Shown here in pieces: positions 9,136 through 19,380 of a stretch of DNA of 64,000 nucleotides; within the stretch, counting starts at the first letter, position 1, and every line of letters begins with the position of its first letter. A program made the translations under genes and the position numbers. The DNA is from Thermodesulfobacteriota bacterium (GTDB lineage: Bacteria > Desulfobacterota > Desulfobulbia > Desulfobulbales > SURF-16), in assembly GCA_040755455.1 (NCBI GenBank), contig JBFMAY010000002.1:32001-96000 (forward strand). The letters run 5' to 3'. The notes beneath the pieces were generated by a model. That model made no database searches. It saw only the letters and a list, made by a program, of their open reading frames with translations, and was not told the origin of the DNA.

Positions 9136-9164
9136 ATTATGCGACATAAAAAATTTCCGGCCAA
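9136..9164 (-). promoter_or_regulatory. sigma70-type promoter pointing into the cassette array (Pc-like)
   Basis: TTGGCC-17 nt-CATAAT on the minus strand, ~55 bp upstream of the GTT junction. Confidence 0.55.
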
Positions 9165-9426
9165 ATACTGACTTTCATGCTTCGTTGTTCCCGCTTGCGG
9201 AGATGGCGGTTAGCTAGACGGATAAACATGGCACAACTTTGTTTACCCGGCCAATACACAAAAAACAAATGCGGTAACAATAAGATTTCATTACATTTCA
9301 CAAATGCCTAATATGCAATTTACGGAATATCCAATTTGAAACGGCTGATCCGCGGTTCGCGGATTAATCACGGTTGATTTGCTGCCAGATGCCTTCTCCT
9401 TCGCCCGATATTGTAAAACAATTTTT

Positions 9427-9837
9427 TCACGGATTGATGGCAATTTCCACCAGCCGCCCGGTTTTCTGATCCCGGCAGCGCACCTCCGCCCTGACCAGGC
9501 CAGGCTGGAGCGGCTCGGAAAGTTCCATGCTGATGCGGATTTTGCCCGGCTGCACCTTTTTGATCAGCCATTGAACCTTGCCGCTTTTTCTGTCAAATTT
9601 TACCAGGCTCGGGGAGGAAGCGAGGATGTCCACCTCGGCGGCCAGAAACTGGTGAACGATGAGATTGCCGGTGGAAGGTCCCTTGATATCCAGATCAAGG
9701 ACGATACTTCTGCCGGCAGATGAAATATATCTGCCGCTCACCAGATCCTGGGCAGATGCCGGCCGGGCCGCCAACAGGTTTACGCAGGCAAGCAGCATGA
9801 ACAACAAGAACATCCTTTTCCGGTGACAGCCCATCAT
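9427..9837 (-). CDS. Secreted hypothetical protein (beta-rich)
   Basis: GGAGG RBS, signal peptide; resembles the periplasmic domain of the upstream gene (LIV...P....V.WL.K). Confidence 0.7.
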   Translation of the reverse strand: MMGCHRKRMFLLFMLLACVNLLAARPASAQDLVSGRYISSAGRSIVLDLDIKGPSTGNLIVHQFLAAEVDILASSPSLVKFDRKSGKVQWLIKKVQPGKIRISMELSEPLQPGLVRAEVRCRDQKTGRLVEIAINP

Positions 9838-9935
9838 AACCTCCTTCCTGTCATTTGCCATAAGAGCCGGCGGCACTGACCTGCCGGGCAACCTTTCGCG
9901 CCGTAGCGTTGTGATCCCTCTCCGCCATACCATTG

Positions 9936-10931
9936 CTAGGGCAGTACCTCGAATTTTTCTTTTTCCGCATTCCACACATAGCCTGAGCCGAGCCAGATCT
10001 CCTCAACCTGATCGATATTGATCGGCAGGCCTTTTATTTCGCTGAATTCATCGGAAACAGTGAGAATTTCCTCATCGCTGATGCGGCCGTCGGCATCGGC
10101 GTCGGCCCAGTGGAAAGGCGCCATCTGCACCACGGAATCGCCGACGACGTCAATCTGCTGCCCGGCGCCCTTGGGCACGGCCACCTTGCCGGCAAACGCC
10201 GCTGCCCCCTCCTGCTGTTTGATCTTGACCATATAGGCAAAGACCTGGCTGCCATCGATTTTCCGCAGCCATTTCACTTCCCGGGCCTTGTCGTCATAGT
10301 CGGAATAAGAAGGCACGGCAGCCACCAGCGCCGCGCCCTCCGGCAGGTTCTCCCGGACAATCAGGGAAAGGGAATCGGTGGAATTGCTCGCAACATGGAT
10401 GGCCACAGGAAAGGGCTTGCCGGCCACCGCATGTTTGGGCAGCAGGCGGCTTGCCGTTATGGTGGGTTGTTCGCCGCCGGGGTAAAGCCACCAGCCCAGC
10501 AAAAACAGCAGGGCCATGAATAACACCGCGGCAAGGGCGAATTTCTTCCGTGATGGCGACTCCCTCACCGGCAGGGGCGGTTCCACCGCAGCCGCCTCGG
10601 CCGCCGGCGGCAGGACAGGCTCTTCATCCGACTTGGCAACAGGCTTGTCGGCCACAGGCGAGCCCGCAGGAGCCGGCGGCGCCTCTTCCTGCTCCACGCT
10701 TTCCAGGATTGCCTCAAGTTCAACCTCAAGGGCCTCGGCCAGCTTCAGGCCGTTTTCTTTTTTGATCGTCGGATAACGCTTGTTTTCCCAGCGGGAGATC
10801 GTGTCAGTGGTCACTCCCACCGATGTCGCAAGAAAAAGCTGGGTCAAACCTTTTGTTTCCCGCAGATTTCTTACCTTGGCGCCATCAATTCTGACCATTG
10901 GCACGCCGCTGGTCATCTTGCTCATATCCAT
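9936..10931 (-). CDS. Membrane-anchored XRE-family HTH protein with periplasmic domain and EF-hand-like motif
   Basis: 'LRETKGLTQLFLA...TISRWEN' HTH, Pro/Ala linker, one TM, 'DADADGRISDEE'. Confidence 0.8.
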   Translation of the reverse strand: MDMSKMTSGVPMVRIDGAKVRNLRETKGLTQLFLATSVGVTTDTISRWENKRYPTIKKENGLKLAEALEVELEAILESVEQEEAPPAPAGSPVADKPVAKSDEEPVLPPAAEAAAVEPPLPVRESPSRKKFALAAVLFMALLFLLGWWLYPGGEQPTITASRLLPKHAVAGKPFPVAIHVASNSTDSLSLIVRENLPEGAALVAAVPSYSDYDDKAREVKWLRKIDGSQVFAYMVKIKQQEGAAAFAGKVAVPKGAGQQIDVVGDSVVQMAPFHWADADADGRISDEEILTVSDEFSEIKGLPINIDQVEEIWLGSGYVWNAEKEKFEVLP

Positions 10932-11284
10932 CGTTTTTATCCGTCACTTCTCAGTTAATTTTCAGGCCCCCATCATAAACAATTATGCCGCCGGCGCGCC
11001 ACAGGATTTCTCATCTTTTTCGCCACCATAAAACCCGAGCCGCCGCCAATGAGGAATTATCCGGGGCAGCACAGCACGTCCGGCCCCCGGCCAAGCCCGG
11101 CAGCCCGGCTACCATCCACCGGATAACCTGTCGATTTTACTGGGATGTCTACCAGACATCGGCCCGCCACCCGCCAGATTCGGGCCGATGTCCTCTATTT
11201 TTTCTCTCTTCCCAGACGTACATTTTAGGCAAAAGGTAACAACCTGAACAGCAACAAAGAAAACTTTTCGTAAAGGAGGAAAAC

Positions 11285-11773
11285 ATGAACAAGAAATACA
11301 CCCTGGCCACCATGATCGGTTCTGCCTGGGCCGTGGCCATGCTGCTGACCCTGCCGGCTGATCCGGCCGCGGGTGAGACCAACCCGGCGGGACAGATGCC
11401 GGAGAAGATCACCATCAATGTGCAGGCAAGCTGCCCGCAGATAGCGGATCTTGACCCGGACAAGAAGCAGGTGAAGGAGTTCAGCCACAAACTTCATGCG
11501 GAGAAATACCTGCTCGGCAAGAGCGCCTTTGCCGCTCACCCGTACACCGATGCCTTCACCTGCGCCGCCTGCCATGCAGGGACCAAGTCAAGTGAGGCGA
11601 TCACCGGCGCCGACAAGTGCCAGCGGTTGACCGAGGCCATCAAGGCAGGCGGCGGGCCGAAAAAATACAAAGAGACCATGCACGCCATCTGCCAGAACTG
11701 CCACAAGAACATGCAGAAAGCAGGGGAAAAGAAGCCGGGACCGACAAAATGCAATGAATGTCACGGCAGCTAA
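11285..11773 (+). CDS. Periplasmic class III (c3/c7-type) cytochrome c with three haem motifs
   Basis: Signal peptide; FSHKLH; CAACH, CQNCH, CNECH. Confidence 0.88.
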   Translation: MNKKYTLATMIGSAWAVAMLLTLPADPAAGETNPAGQMPEKITINVQASCPQIADLDPDKKQVKEFSHKLHAEKYLLGKSAFAAHPYTDAFTCAACHAGTKSSEAITGADKCQRLTEAIKAGGGPKKYKETMHAICQNCHKNMQKAGEKKPGPTKCNECHGS

Positions 11774-11816
11774 CGTGGCAACACAGCAACAACAAACACA
11801 AAAAAGGAGAAACACC

Positions 11817-12020
11817 ATGAAAAAGACAATCAGCACCCTCTTGGCCATCGCATTCGCTCTCAGCACCGCCGGAACGGTCTTGGCCGCCAGCGGCAAATGT
11901 ACGGTAGTGGCTGTTGAAGACAACAAAGTGACGCTGGACTGCGGCAGCAATGCCGGGGATTTTCCGGTGGGCACGAAAGTGAAGATTAAAAGCGAGGGAA
12001 AAGCTGTTGAAGGCTGCTAA
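11817..12020 (+). CDS. Small secreted beta-strand protein ending in 'EGC' (reminiscent of Geobacter ExtJ)
   Basis: AGGAG RBS, signal peptide, 3 Cys; the ExtJ resemblance is from memory and unverified. Confidence 0.6.
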   Translation: MKKTISTLLAIAFALSTAGTVLAASGKCTVVAVEDNKVTLDCGSNAGDFPVGTKVKIKSEGKAVEGC

Positions 12021-12238
12021 ACAATGTCCTTAGCGGTTTTTGCGGGGCCGCCGTCGCCGGCCGGATCGGCTGGCTGCGGCGGCAATCCGCCCGCACCCTC
12101 CTGCCGGGCAACCGGCACAGGCAGCGTGATGCTCATGAGAAAACCACAGGCCCGGCAGCGGAACTGACCGCTGCCGGCTTCGCATTCTTCCGGCGGAAAG
12201 GAATAACGTTTTCCGCACTCCTCACAAAATACCAGCAT
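12017..12238 (-). CDS. Small zinc-ribbon protein
   Basis: CEECGKRY...CRACG; last gene of the mgl cluster. Confidence 0.7.
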   Translation of the reverse strand: MLVFCEECGKRYSFPPEECEAGSGQFRCRACGFLMSITLPVPVARQEGAGGLPPQPADPAGDGGPAKTAKDIV

Positions 12239-12261
12239 CGGTCTTGCGACTCCCCGGCCAT

Positions 12262-13587
12262 TTATCTGTTTTCGATGAGTTCAAGCAGTTCCTTGCGGAG
12301 TTGGTCCACTTCCTGGCGGACCATGGACTTGACCGCCGCCGCCATTTCCGCGGACATTTCACCTTCGGCCCCAGAGACCATGACAGACTGTGCGGCGGCG
12401 GCCCGCTGTGCAAGTTCCGCCACCACCTGGTCGTGCCATGTGCTGTAATCACGTATCGTCTCCAGATGGGACGGCAGCAGGTTTTGCTGGGGCTGCAGGG
12501 TAAAAAGGGAATGGGCCAGCCGGTCATAGACGGTTTGCAGCATATTACGCGACAGATCAGCGGCCACATCACCATGCCCGGCAAGATGACGGCCCACGCT
12601 GCCAATCACCTCCAGGAAAAACAACACCGAATTGTGGCCGGGGTGTTGATTGCGCAGCGTGTCGATTTCCTCGGCCAGCTGGGTTAACACCTTGGCCGAG
12701 ATGCCGTATTTCATGTTCTGAATAATTCTGGCCAGCTTATCGACGGTGATCTCCTCTTCCTCAAGGCGGGCAACCGGCCGCTCCGGCTCGGCCATCTTTT
12801 CTTTCTTGGCCTCGATATGGCCGATGTCCACCTCCACCGTCTCATCAGCTGCGGCGGTCTGCTCCCCGACTTTCTCCTCGTCCAGGGAAAAAGCCAGCCC
12901 GCCCTCGGAAAAGAAATCATCAAGCAGACTGTCTGCCTCGGGAAAATCCTCATCATCGACCCTGGCCAGCACCACCTCCTTGGCGTCGGGACCGGCCACT
13001 CCCCCGACCGACGGCATGGCCGGCGGCGGAGGCGCCGCCGCCTTGGCGCCACCCCGGTCGTCGGCAACCATTTCCTGAAAGATGACATTGAACGCCCCGT
13101 CAACCGCCTGGTCTTCCTTCTGCTCCATCAGATCCCTGATGGTGCTCCCCCCCTGGCCCGCGGCCGGCGGGGCCTGGACTCCGGGTTTTCCCGCCACGGC
13201 AACCGGCGGGCTTTCCCGCACAGGCGCCTTGCGCGGTTTTGCCAGCTCCGCCTTCAACCGGTTATATTTTTCCACGGCGCTGCGCACCAGGGCGATCTTG
13301 CGGCCGTCATCCATGCTCTCATCGGTGATCACCGTTTCCAGGGTGGCGAATACGTCAGGCAGAAGCTTGATCGCCTCGGGATGGGCTTTTTCCCTGGCCT
13401 TCTTGATGTACTGCCCCAGGGTACCGATGACCTGCAGACAGACGAGAAGCGGTTTTTTGCCGGCCCATTGCGCCTGCAACGGCTTGATTGCCATGGTCAG
13501 GATGTCCATGGCCTCGTCGGTTATCTCCCACTCGATTGCCAGAATGGCAGCCTTCAGCTCCTTTATCTTCTCTGCGCCGTTGATCAT
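12262..13587 (-). CDS. Hypothetical acidic protein, two helical domains joined by a low-complexity linker
   Basis: 441 aa, GGAG RBS, operonic with mglA; the N- and C-terminal segments share an 'L.VIG..G.' pattern. Confidence 0.7.
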   Translation of the reverse strand: MINGAEKIKELKAAILAIEWEITDEAMDILTMAIKPLQAQWAGKKPLLVCLQVIGTLGQYIKKAREKAHPEAIKLLPDVFATLETVITDESMDDGRKIALVRSAVEKYNRLKAELAKPRKAPVRESPPVAVAGKPGVQAPPAAGQGGSTIRDLMEQKEDQAVDGAFNVIFQEMVADDRGGAKAAAPPPPAMPSVGGVAGPDAKEVVLARVDDEDFPEADSLLDDFFSEGGLAFSLDEEKVGEQTAAADETVEVDIGHIEAKKEKMAEPERPVARLEEEEITVDKLARIIQNMKYGISAKVLTQLAEEIDTLRNQHPGHNSVLFFLEVIGSVGRHLAGHGDVAADLSRNMLQTVYDRLAHSLFTLQPQQNLLPSHLETIRDYSTWHDQVVAELAQRAAAAQSVMVSGAEGEMSAEMAAAVKSMVRQEVDQLRKELLELIENR

Positions 13588-13597
13588 GGTCAGTCTC

Positions 13598-14203
13598 CTA
13601 TTGCAGTTCTTTGCGGAAAGAGATGAGCGTCATCGAGATAATCTTCTTCAGCGTTTCCACCACATTATCCCCGGTCAAGGCGCTTCCCACAAAAAAAGGC
13701 ACCTTCAGTTCCTGATTGAGGTCCTGCTCCATCTCTTCAACGGTCAGCAGCGGAATCCCCTGGCCCTTCAGGTCGATCTTGTTGTACTGCAGCACAAGCG
13801 GTATCTTAAAGACATCCTTATTATGACTGAGCAGATTTTCCTTCATCTGTTCAAGGGACTTCAAGTTGCTCTCCCTTCTCTCCTTCTGCATGTCAGCCAC
13901 GAAAACAATACCGTCCACCCCCTTGAGCACCAGTTTGCGGGTGGCGTTATACTTGACCTGACCTGGCACGGTATAGAGCTGGATCTTGATGTCAAAACCA
14001 TGGATCTTGCCGATATCGACCGGCAGAAAGTCAAAAAAGAGGGTCCGATCGCCGTGCGTTTTAATACTCACCATTTCGGTTTTGATGCGCTGTTTGTATT
14101 TTTTGTTGATGTAATCAAGATTGGTTGTCTTACCGCCCCGTCCGGGCCCGTAATAGACGATTTTAATCTGTACTTCTTTTTTCTTTACATTAATAAATCC
14201 CAC
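13598..14203 (-). CDS. mglA: MglA-family small GTPase
   Basis: KIVYYGPGRGGKTTNL, RTLFFDF, LYTVPGQV, QYNKID. Confidence 0.93.
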   Translation of the reverse strand: MGFINVKKKEVQIKIVYYGPGRGGKTTNLDYINKKYKQRIKTEMVSIKTHGDRTLFFDFLPVDIGKIHGFDIKIQLYTVPGQVKYNATRKLVLKGVDGIVFVADMQKERRESNLKSLEQMKENLLSHNKDVFKIPLVLQYNKIDLKGQGIPLLTVEEMEQDLNQELKVPFFVGSALTGDNVVETLKKIISMTLISFRKELQ

Positions 14204-14221
14204 GGGTTACCTCTCACGCAA

Positions 14222-14611
14222 TCATCTTCCCCAGATTAATCTTATCTTATCGATGACCTCGGTTGTTTTCAGCCGCAGAAAGCCCAGGGAAACATCCTGG
14301 CCGAAAATGCAGATGAGCAGAATATCCTCATTGACCTTGCTGAAATGGATACTCTCATTTTCTCCCCGGTGGAAATGGAGGGAAAACTGCTGTTCCCCCA
14401 CCAGTTTGGCCATGGCGTCCACCGCCGCAAAATTGCCCGCGGCCAACGCCGCAAAGGAAGCCACGTCAAAAGAGCAGCGATCATTATCCAGCTGGGCAAT
14501 GGTATTGCCGGCCACATCGATGATAATGGCACAGTGCACTCCTATGGACAGGAGATCTTCCTTGAGCACCACATCTATATTTTCCAACTGCTCCTGCGAA
14601 ACATTATACAT
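14222..14611 (-). CDS. mglB: Roadblock/LC7 protein, MglB-like GAP
   Basis: 'AALAAGNFAA...AKLVGE..F', 'SLGFLRL'; directly upstream of mglA. Confidence 0.88.
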   Translation of the reverse strand: MYNVSQEQLENIDVVLKEDLLSIGVHCAIIIDVAGNTIAQLDNDRCSFDVASFAALAAGNFAAVDAMAKLVGEQQFSLHFHRGENESIHFSKVNEDILLICIFGQDVSLGFLRLKTTEVIDKIRLIWGR

Positions 14612-14703
14612 TGGTTTATCCTTTACGCTTGAATCGCTTTTTGAAAATTATCTTCTTAATATGATGCACAAAGTGAAGCGGAAATGTCGAGCACAATTTC
14701 ACA

Positions 14704-16092
14704 TCAGACAAGAGGTGCGACAATCTGAGCCATGCCCTCATGCAGCCTCCTGAGCATGCCCGCCGGCGGATATCCCCGGACAGTCTTGCCTGTCAGGCTG
14801 TCGATATAGGACGCTATTGCCTTGATTTCATCTGCGCTGTAAACGATAAGCGCCACCTCATAGTTGAGAAACAGACTGCGCAGATCCACGTTGGCCGACC
14901 CTGCCATGGCCAATTTGTCATCCACCACCATGGCTTTGGCATGGACCATGCCGCCGGTATAGAGCATGATGGACGCGCCCGCCTCCTGAATACTGCGCAG
15001 ATAATTGCCCCGCACCAGATCAGCCAGGGGATGGTTTGATTTCTCCGGCATGATAATCCGCACATCAACCCCCCGCCGGGCGGCAATGGCCAGCCCCTGG
15101 GTGAGGGCGTCATCCGGCACGAAGTAGGGGGTGACAATCCACAGCCGTCTCTCCGCGGCAAAAACCGCCGACAGGATAGCCTCGTACAACCCGTCATGAC
15201 GGCAATCCGGCCCTGAAGGCACCACCTGGAGTATGCCCTGCCGCCCGGCATCGGCAGGAAGGCTGTCGCTGAAATCCCTGACGGGCAGATTCTCGCCCCC
15301 GGCAAAGGCCCAGTCGGAGACAAAAAGCTCAACAAATGGCCGGACCGCCGGGCCCTCAACGGCAAAGGAGAGATCCTGCCAGTGTCGTGCATGCGGATCC
15401 GGGTTCAGGTACTCATCGGCGATATTGGTGCCGCCGGCCATGAGCAGCCGCTCGTCCGCCAGGGCAATTTTCCGGTGATTGCGCAAATTGCCCCGGCCCC
15501 GCAAGGGATGGTAGAATACCGGCATGAAATAGGCAAATTTTCCGCCGGCCCGCACCAGCGGCTGGAAAAATGCCGACCCGGTTTTCAGCGAACCGACCCC
15601 GTCAAGCAGCAGACGCACCCGCACCCCCTGCCCGGCCTGGCGGGCCAGCCGCCGGACGATGTCCCGCCCGGTTGCGTCGCCTGCAAAAACATAGGTGGAG
15701 ATATAGAGACTTTCCCTGGCCTGCTCGATCAATTGCACCAGGCAATCATACGCCTCCCTGCCCGAGGGGCAGAATCTGATGCTGTTGCCGAGCATGGCTG
15801 CCGGAACATTATGGGAACGCAGGGCGCGGTCGACAGGCGACGCCTGGGCCAGCGGCAGGATATGGTTCTCATTGAGCTGCAGTGTCATTTTCCGGCGGGC
15901 GATCCGCGCCATCTTTCTGCCGCCGAGCATAATATACAGGGGAATGCCCACATAGGGCAGCAGGATCATGACCAGCAGCCAGGAAAGGACGCTGGACGGC
16001 GCGCGCCGCTGCTGGAGCATATGGGCAATGGCCGCCACGGCGAGCAGAACGCCGATGATAACCGCCAGGTGCGATTCAAGAAAAAGTAACAT
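14704..16092 (-). CDS. cls: Cardiolipin synthase (PLD family)
   Basis: Two N-terminal TMs; HKD motifs RNHRKIALAD and HAKAMVVD. Confidence 0.88.
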   Translation of the reverse strand: MLLFLESHLAVIIGVLLAVAAIAHMLQQRRAPSSVLSWLLVMILLPYVGIPLYIMLGGRKMARIARRKMTLQLNENHILPLAQASPVDRALRSHNVPAAMLGNSIRFCPSGREAYDCLVQLIEQARESLYISTYVFAGDATGRDIVRRLARQAGQGVRVRLLLDGVGSLKTGSAFFQPLVRAGGKFAYFMPVFYHPLRGRGNLRNHRKIALADERLLMAGGTNIADEYLNPDPHARHWQDLSFAVEGPAVRPFVELFVSDWAFAGGENLPVRDFSDSLPADAGRQGILQVVPSGPDCRHDGLYEAILSAVFAAERRLWIVTPYFVPDDALTQGLAIAARRGVDVRIIMPEKSNHPLADLVRGNYLRSIQEAGASIMLYTGGMVHAKAMVVDDKLAMAGSANVDLRSLFLNYEVALIVYSADEIKAIASYIDSLTGKTVRGYPPAGMLRRLHEGMAQIVAPLV

Positions 16093-16388
16093 CTGTTACA
16101 GCTTGCTCCGCCAGGAAAAACTTCCGTGAAAAACAACTAACTGCCGCCTCTATCTTATATCCCGTTCCACCATGGCATGGCAAGTGCCGGAAGCGGGCGA
16201 CATGAAAACAGCACCGGTATTGCGGCGCTACCACCCGGTGATCGTTTACGGTTTCTCTTCCTGCTTTAAGCCTTGACATTTTTTTGCCACGGATTGCATC
16301 ATAATACTATGCCATGGGGATACGACCCCGTGGTATTGTTGTGCAACCCGGTTTTTGATAACGCATTTTCTTGCCCCAAGGAATAATT

Positions 16389-17540
16389 ATGCAGGAACTG
16401 AGAAAATTTGTCGCCCCGGAATTCGTTTTCGGTTGCGGCTCCCTGAATCTCGCAGGGCGATACGCCGCCAATTTCGGGGCAGAGAAAGTGCTGATCGTCA
16501 CTGACCCGGGGGTCATTGCCGCCGGGTGGTGCGGCAAGGTCAAGGATGTTCTTGATGCCGCAGGTATTGCCAGTGTCGTCTTCTCCGCTGTCTCCCCGAA
16601 TCCCCGCGCTGAAGAGGTGATGAGCGGCGCTGAGTTTTATCGCGGCAACGGCTGTGATGTCATTGTCGCCGTGGGCGGCGGCAGCGCCATGGACTGCGCC
16701 AAGGGCATCGGCATTGTCAGCATGAACCGCAAACACATCCTGCAATTCGAGGGGATCGATAATGTCACCGTGCCTGGCCCCCCGTTGATCTGCATCCCCA
16801 CCACCGCCGGAACCTCAGCGGATGTGTCGCAGTTTGCCATTATCGCCAATCCCCGGGAACGGGTGAAGATCGCCATCATCAGCAAGACGGTGGTGCCGGA
16901 TGTGGCGCTGATTGATCCGGCGACCACCCAGACCATGGATTCCTATCTCACCGCCTGCACCGGCATCGACGCCCTGGTGCATGCCATTGAGGCTTTCGTA
17001 TCAAGCGCCCATTCGCCGCTTTTCGATATTCATGCCCTGGAGGCGATCCGGCTGATCCGCGCCAATCTGCTCAACACGCTCGCCAATCCCCTTGACCTGG
17101 AATTGCGCACCAGCCTGATGCAGGCAAGTCTCGAGGCCGGGCTGGCTTTTTCCAATGCCAGCCTCGGGGCCGTGCACGCCATGGCCCACAGCCTTGGCGG
17201 CTATCTTGATCTGCCCCATGGCGAATGCAATGCGATTCTGCTTGATCATGTCATCTCATTTAATTACCCGGACGCTGCGGAGCGTTACCTGAAAATCGGC
17301 GAGGCATTGGGCCTGGATATGCGGGGCATGGCGGCAAAGCAGAAAAGGGAAGCGCTGCTTAAGGAAATCGCCGGCCTGAAACATGCGGCAGGCATTACCA
17401 AAACACTGAGGGAAACAGGCACCCGTATCACCGATATTCCGGAACTGGCCCGCAAGGCCCTGCACGACCCGTGTCTGGTCACCAATCCGAGGCGGCTTGA
17501 CAAACGGGATATCGAGGTGATCTATGCCGAGGCGTTCTGA
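16389..17540 (+). CDS. Iron-containing alcohol dehydrogenase, ErcA-like regulatory type
   Basis: ELRKFVAPEFVFG start, GGGS, PTTAGTS, HAMAHSLGG, PHGECNA; overlaps a kinase gene as in Pseudomonas ercA-ercS. Confidence 0.88.
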   Translation: MQELRKFVAPEFVFGCGSLNLAGRYAANFGAEKVLIVTDPGVIAAGWCGKVKDVLDAAGIASVVFSAVSPNPRAEEVMSGAEFYRGNGCDVIVAVGGGSAMDCAKGIGIVSMNRKHILQFEGIDNVTVPGPPLICIPTTAGTSADVSQFAIIANPRERVKIAIISKTVVPDVALIDPATTQTMDSYLTACTGIDALVHAIEAFVSSAHSPLFDIHALEAIRLIRANLLNTLANPLDLELRTSLMQASLEAGLAFSNASLGAVHAMAHSLGGYLDLPHGECNAILLDHVISFNYPDAAERYLKIGEALGLDMRGMAAKQKREALLKEIAGLKHAAGITKTLRETGTRITDIPELARKALHDPCLVTNPRRLDKRDIEVIYAEAF

Positions 17541-19380
17541 TGATGACAGTCAATGGGGGATGCTGCATGAGAAAATCATCGGCTTAGGGGAAAAATCAAT
17601 CAGAAAGAGCTACTACCCTGAACTGCGGCAGAAAATCATCGAATTGGAAAAAGCCAACGAGGAATTGGCCCTCGAAGTCATTGAACGCCAACGGGGCGAG
17701 GAGGAAATCAAACGCAACTACGAAATCCAGACGATCATCAACTCTCTTCTCAAACTTTCCCTGCAGAATATCCCCCTTGATGAACTGTTGTCCACCACCA
17801 TAGACAAGATCCTTTCCTTACGCTGGCTTTCCCACCAGGAAAAGGCCTTTATTTTCCTGGTTGAGGACGAGCCGGACGTGCTGGTGCTTAAAGCAGGCGC
17901 CGGTTTTCCTGAACAGCTGCAGGCACACTGCGCCACGGTTCCCTTCGGCCGATGCCTATGCGGCCTGGCAGCTTTGACCGGCGAAATACAATTTGCCGGC
18001 CATGGTGACGAACGCCACACCCGGCGCGATGACACCATGCCGCCCCACGGCCATTACGCCGTGCCTATCCTGCTGGATGACAGAACCATCGGCCTGATAT
18101 GCATCTTTTTACCGGAAGGACATACGCGCGACCCCAAAGAGGAAGAATTTCTCGCCTCCATTGCCCATACCCTGGCCGGCATCATCCAACGCAAGGTGAT
18201 GACGGAGGAAAACGCCAGACTGGAAGAAGAACTGCGCCAGGCAGCGAAGCTGGAGGCCATCGGCACCCTGGCCGGGGGCATAGCCCATGACTTCAATAAT
18301 ATCCTCACCGCCATTTTCGGCTTCAGTGAACTGGCCCGGCTGGACAGGGATGATCCGGCCAGGGTGGAGGAGGATATAGATGAGATATACCAAAGCGCGT
18401 TGCGGGCCAAAGAGCTCGTCAAGCAGATCCTCACCTTCAGCCGCCGGTCGGAACAGCAGAAAAAACCCTTCCGGATAGCCCTGCTCATCAAGGAATGCCT
18501 CAAGCTGCTGCGCGCCACCATTCCCGCAACCATCGAGATTAAAGAGGATATCCGCTCGTCCGGCACGGCCCTGGCAGACCCCAGCCAGATCCATCAGATC
18601 ATCATGAACCTCTGCACCAACGCCTATCATGCCATGCGCAACACCGGCGGGATTCTGACCGTAACCCTGCAGGACATGGAAATCAAGGAAACGGATGCCA
18701 GCCTCCCCGGCGGCATGGCCCCGGGGCCATACATCAGGCTTGCGGTAAGCGATACCGGAAGCGGCATGGGCAAAGAGACCTTGGCTAAAATCTTTGAACC
18801 CTATTTCACCACCAAAGAGGTGGGAGAGGGCACCGGCCTGGGTCTCGCCGTGGTGCACGGCATCGTCCAGGGCCATAACGGCCACATCACTGTTGCCAGT
18901 GAGCCGGGGAAAGGCACCACTTTTCATGTTTTTCTGCCCCGCTTGGCCGGCGAAGTTGAAGAAGCCGCCTCTCTGCCTGAAAATTCTCCGGTGCGGGGAG
19001 GACGGGAACATATCCTGGTCGTTGATGATGAAAAAGTGATTCTTAATATAGCCAGAGAAATCCTCGCGGACAGCGGCTATGCCGTCACGACCCATACCTC
19101 GGGCACCGAGGCATTACGGGATTTTCAACACCATCCCGAAAAGTTTGATCTGCTCATCACCGACATGACCATGCCCGCCATGACCGGGGTGGAACTGGCC
19201 CGGCAAGTCATGGCGATCAAGCCGGCAATGCCGGTGATCCTCTGCAGCGGGCACAGTGACCTGGTGAACAGAGAGCAGGCATTGGCCATGGGTATCAGGG
19301 AATATGTTGAAAAGCCTTTTTTCATGAGTGATATGCTGCGCAAAATCAGACAAGTGCTCAACAGGGGCAACCATGGGTAA
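17524..19380 (+). CDS. Hybrid sensor histidine kinase (GAF-HisKA-HATPase-REC)
   Basis: N-terminal 'IIGLGEKSIRKSYYPEL', GAF, AHDFNNIL, GTGLGL, C-terminal receiver. Confidence 0.92.
   Translation: MPRRSDDDSQWGMLHEKIIGLGEKSIRKSYYPELRQKIIELEKANEELALEVIERQRGEEEIKRNYEIQTIINSLLKLSLQNIPLDELLSTTIDKILSLRWLSHQEKAFIFLVEDEPDVLVLKAGAGFPEQLQAHCATVPFGRCLCGLAALTGEIQFAGHGDERHTRRDDTMPPHGHYAVPILLDDRTIGLICIFLPEGHTRDPKEEEFLASIAHTLAGIIQRKVMTEENARLEEELRQAAKLEAIGTLAGGIAHDFNNILTAIFGFSELARLDRDDPARVEEDIDEIYQSALRAKELVKQILTFSRRSEQQKKPFRIALLIKECLKLLRATIPATIEIKEDIRSSGTALADPSQIHQIIMNLCTNAYHAMRNTGGILTVTLQDMEIKETDASLPGGMAPGPYIRLAVSDTGSGMGKETLAKIFEPYFTTKEVGEGTGLGLAVVHGIVQGHNGHITVASEPGKGTTFHVFLPRLAGEVEEAASLPENSPVRGGREHILVVDDEKVILNIAREILADSGYAVTTHTSGTEALRDFQHHPEKFDLLITDMTMPAMTGVELARQVMAIKPAMPVILCSGHSDLVNREQALAMGIREYVEKPFFMSDMLRKIRQVLNRGNHG

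Noticed and set aside
9165..9426. intI gene or fragment
   Set aside because: No ORF with tyrosine-recombinase motifs is visible.
16173..16190. sigma54 site between cls and the ADH gene
   Set aside because: GG-N10-GC fits on both strands (TGGCATGGCAAGTGC), but the match is weak and the direction ambiguous.
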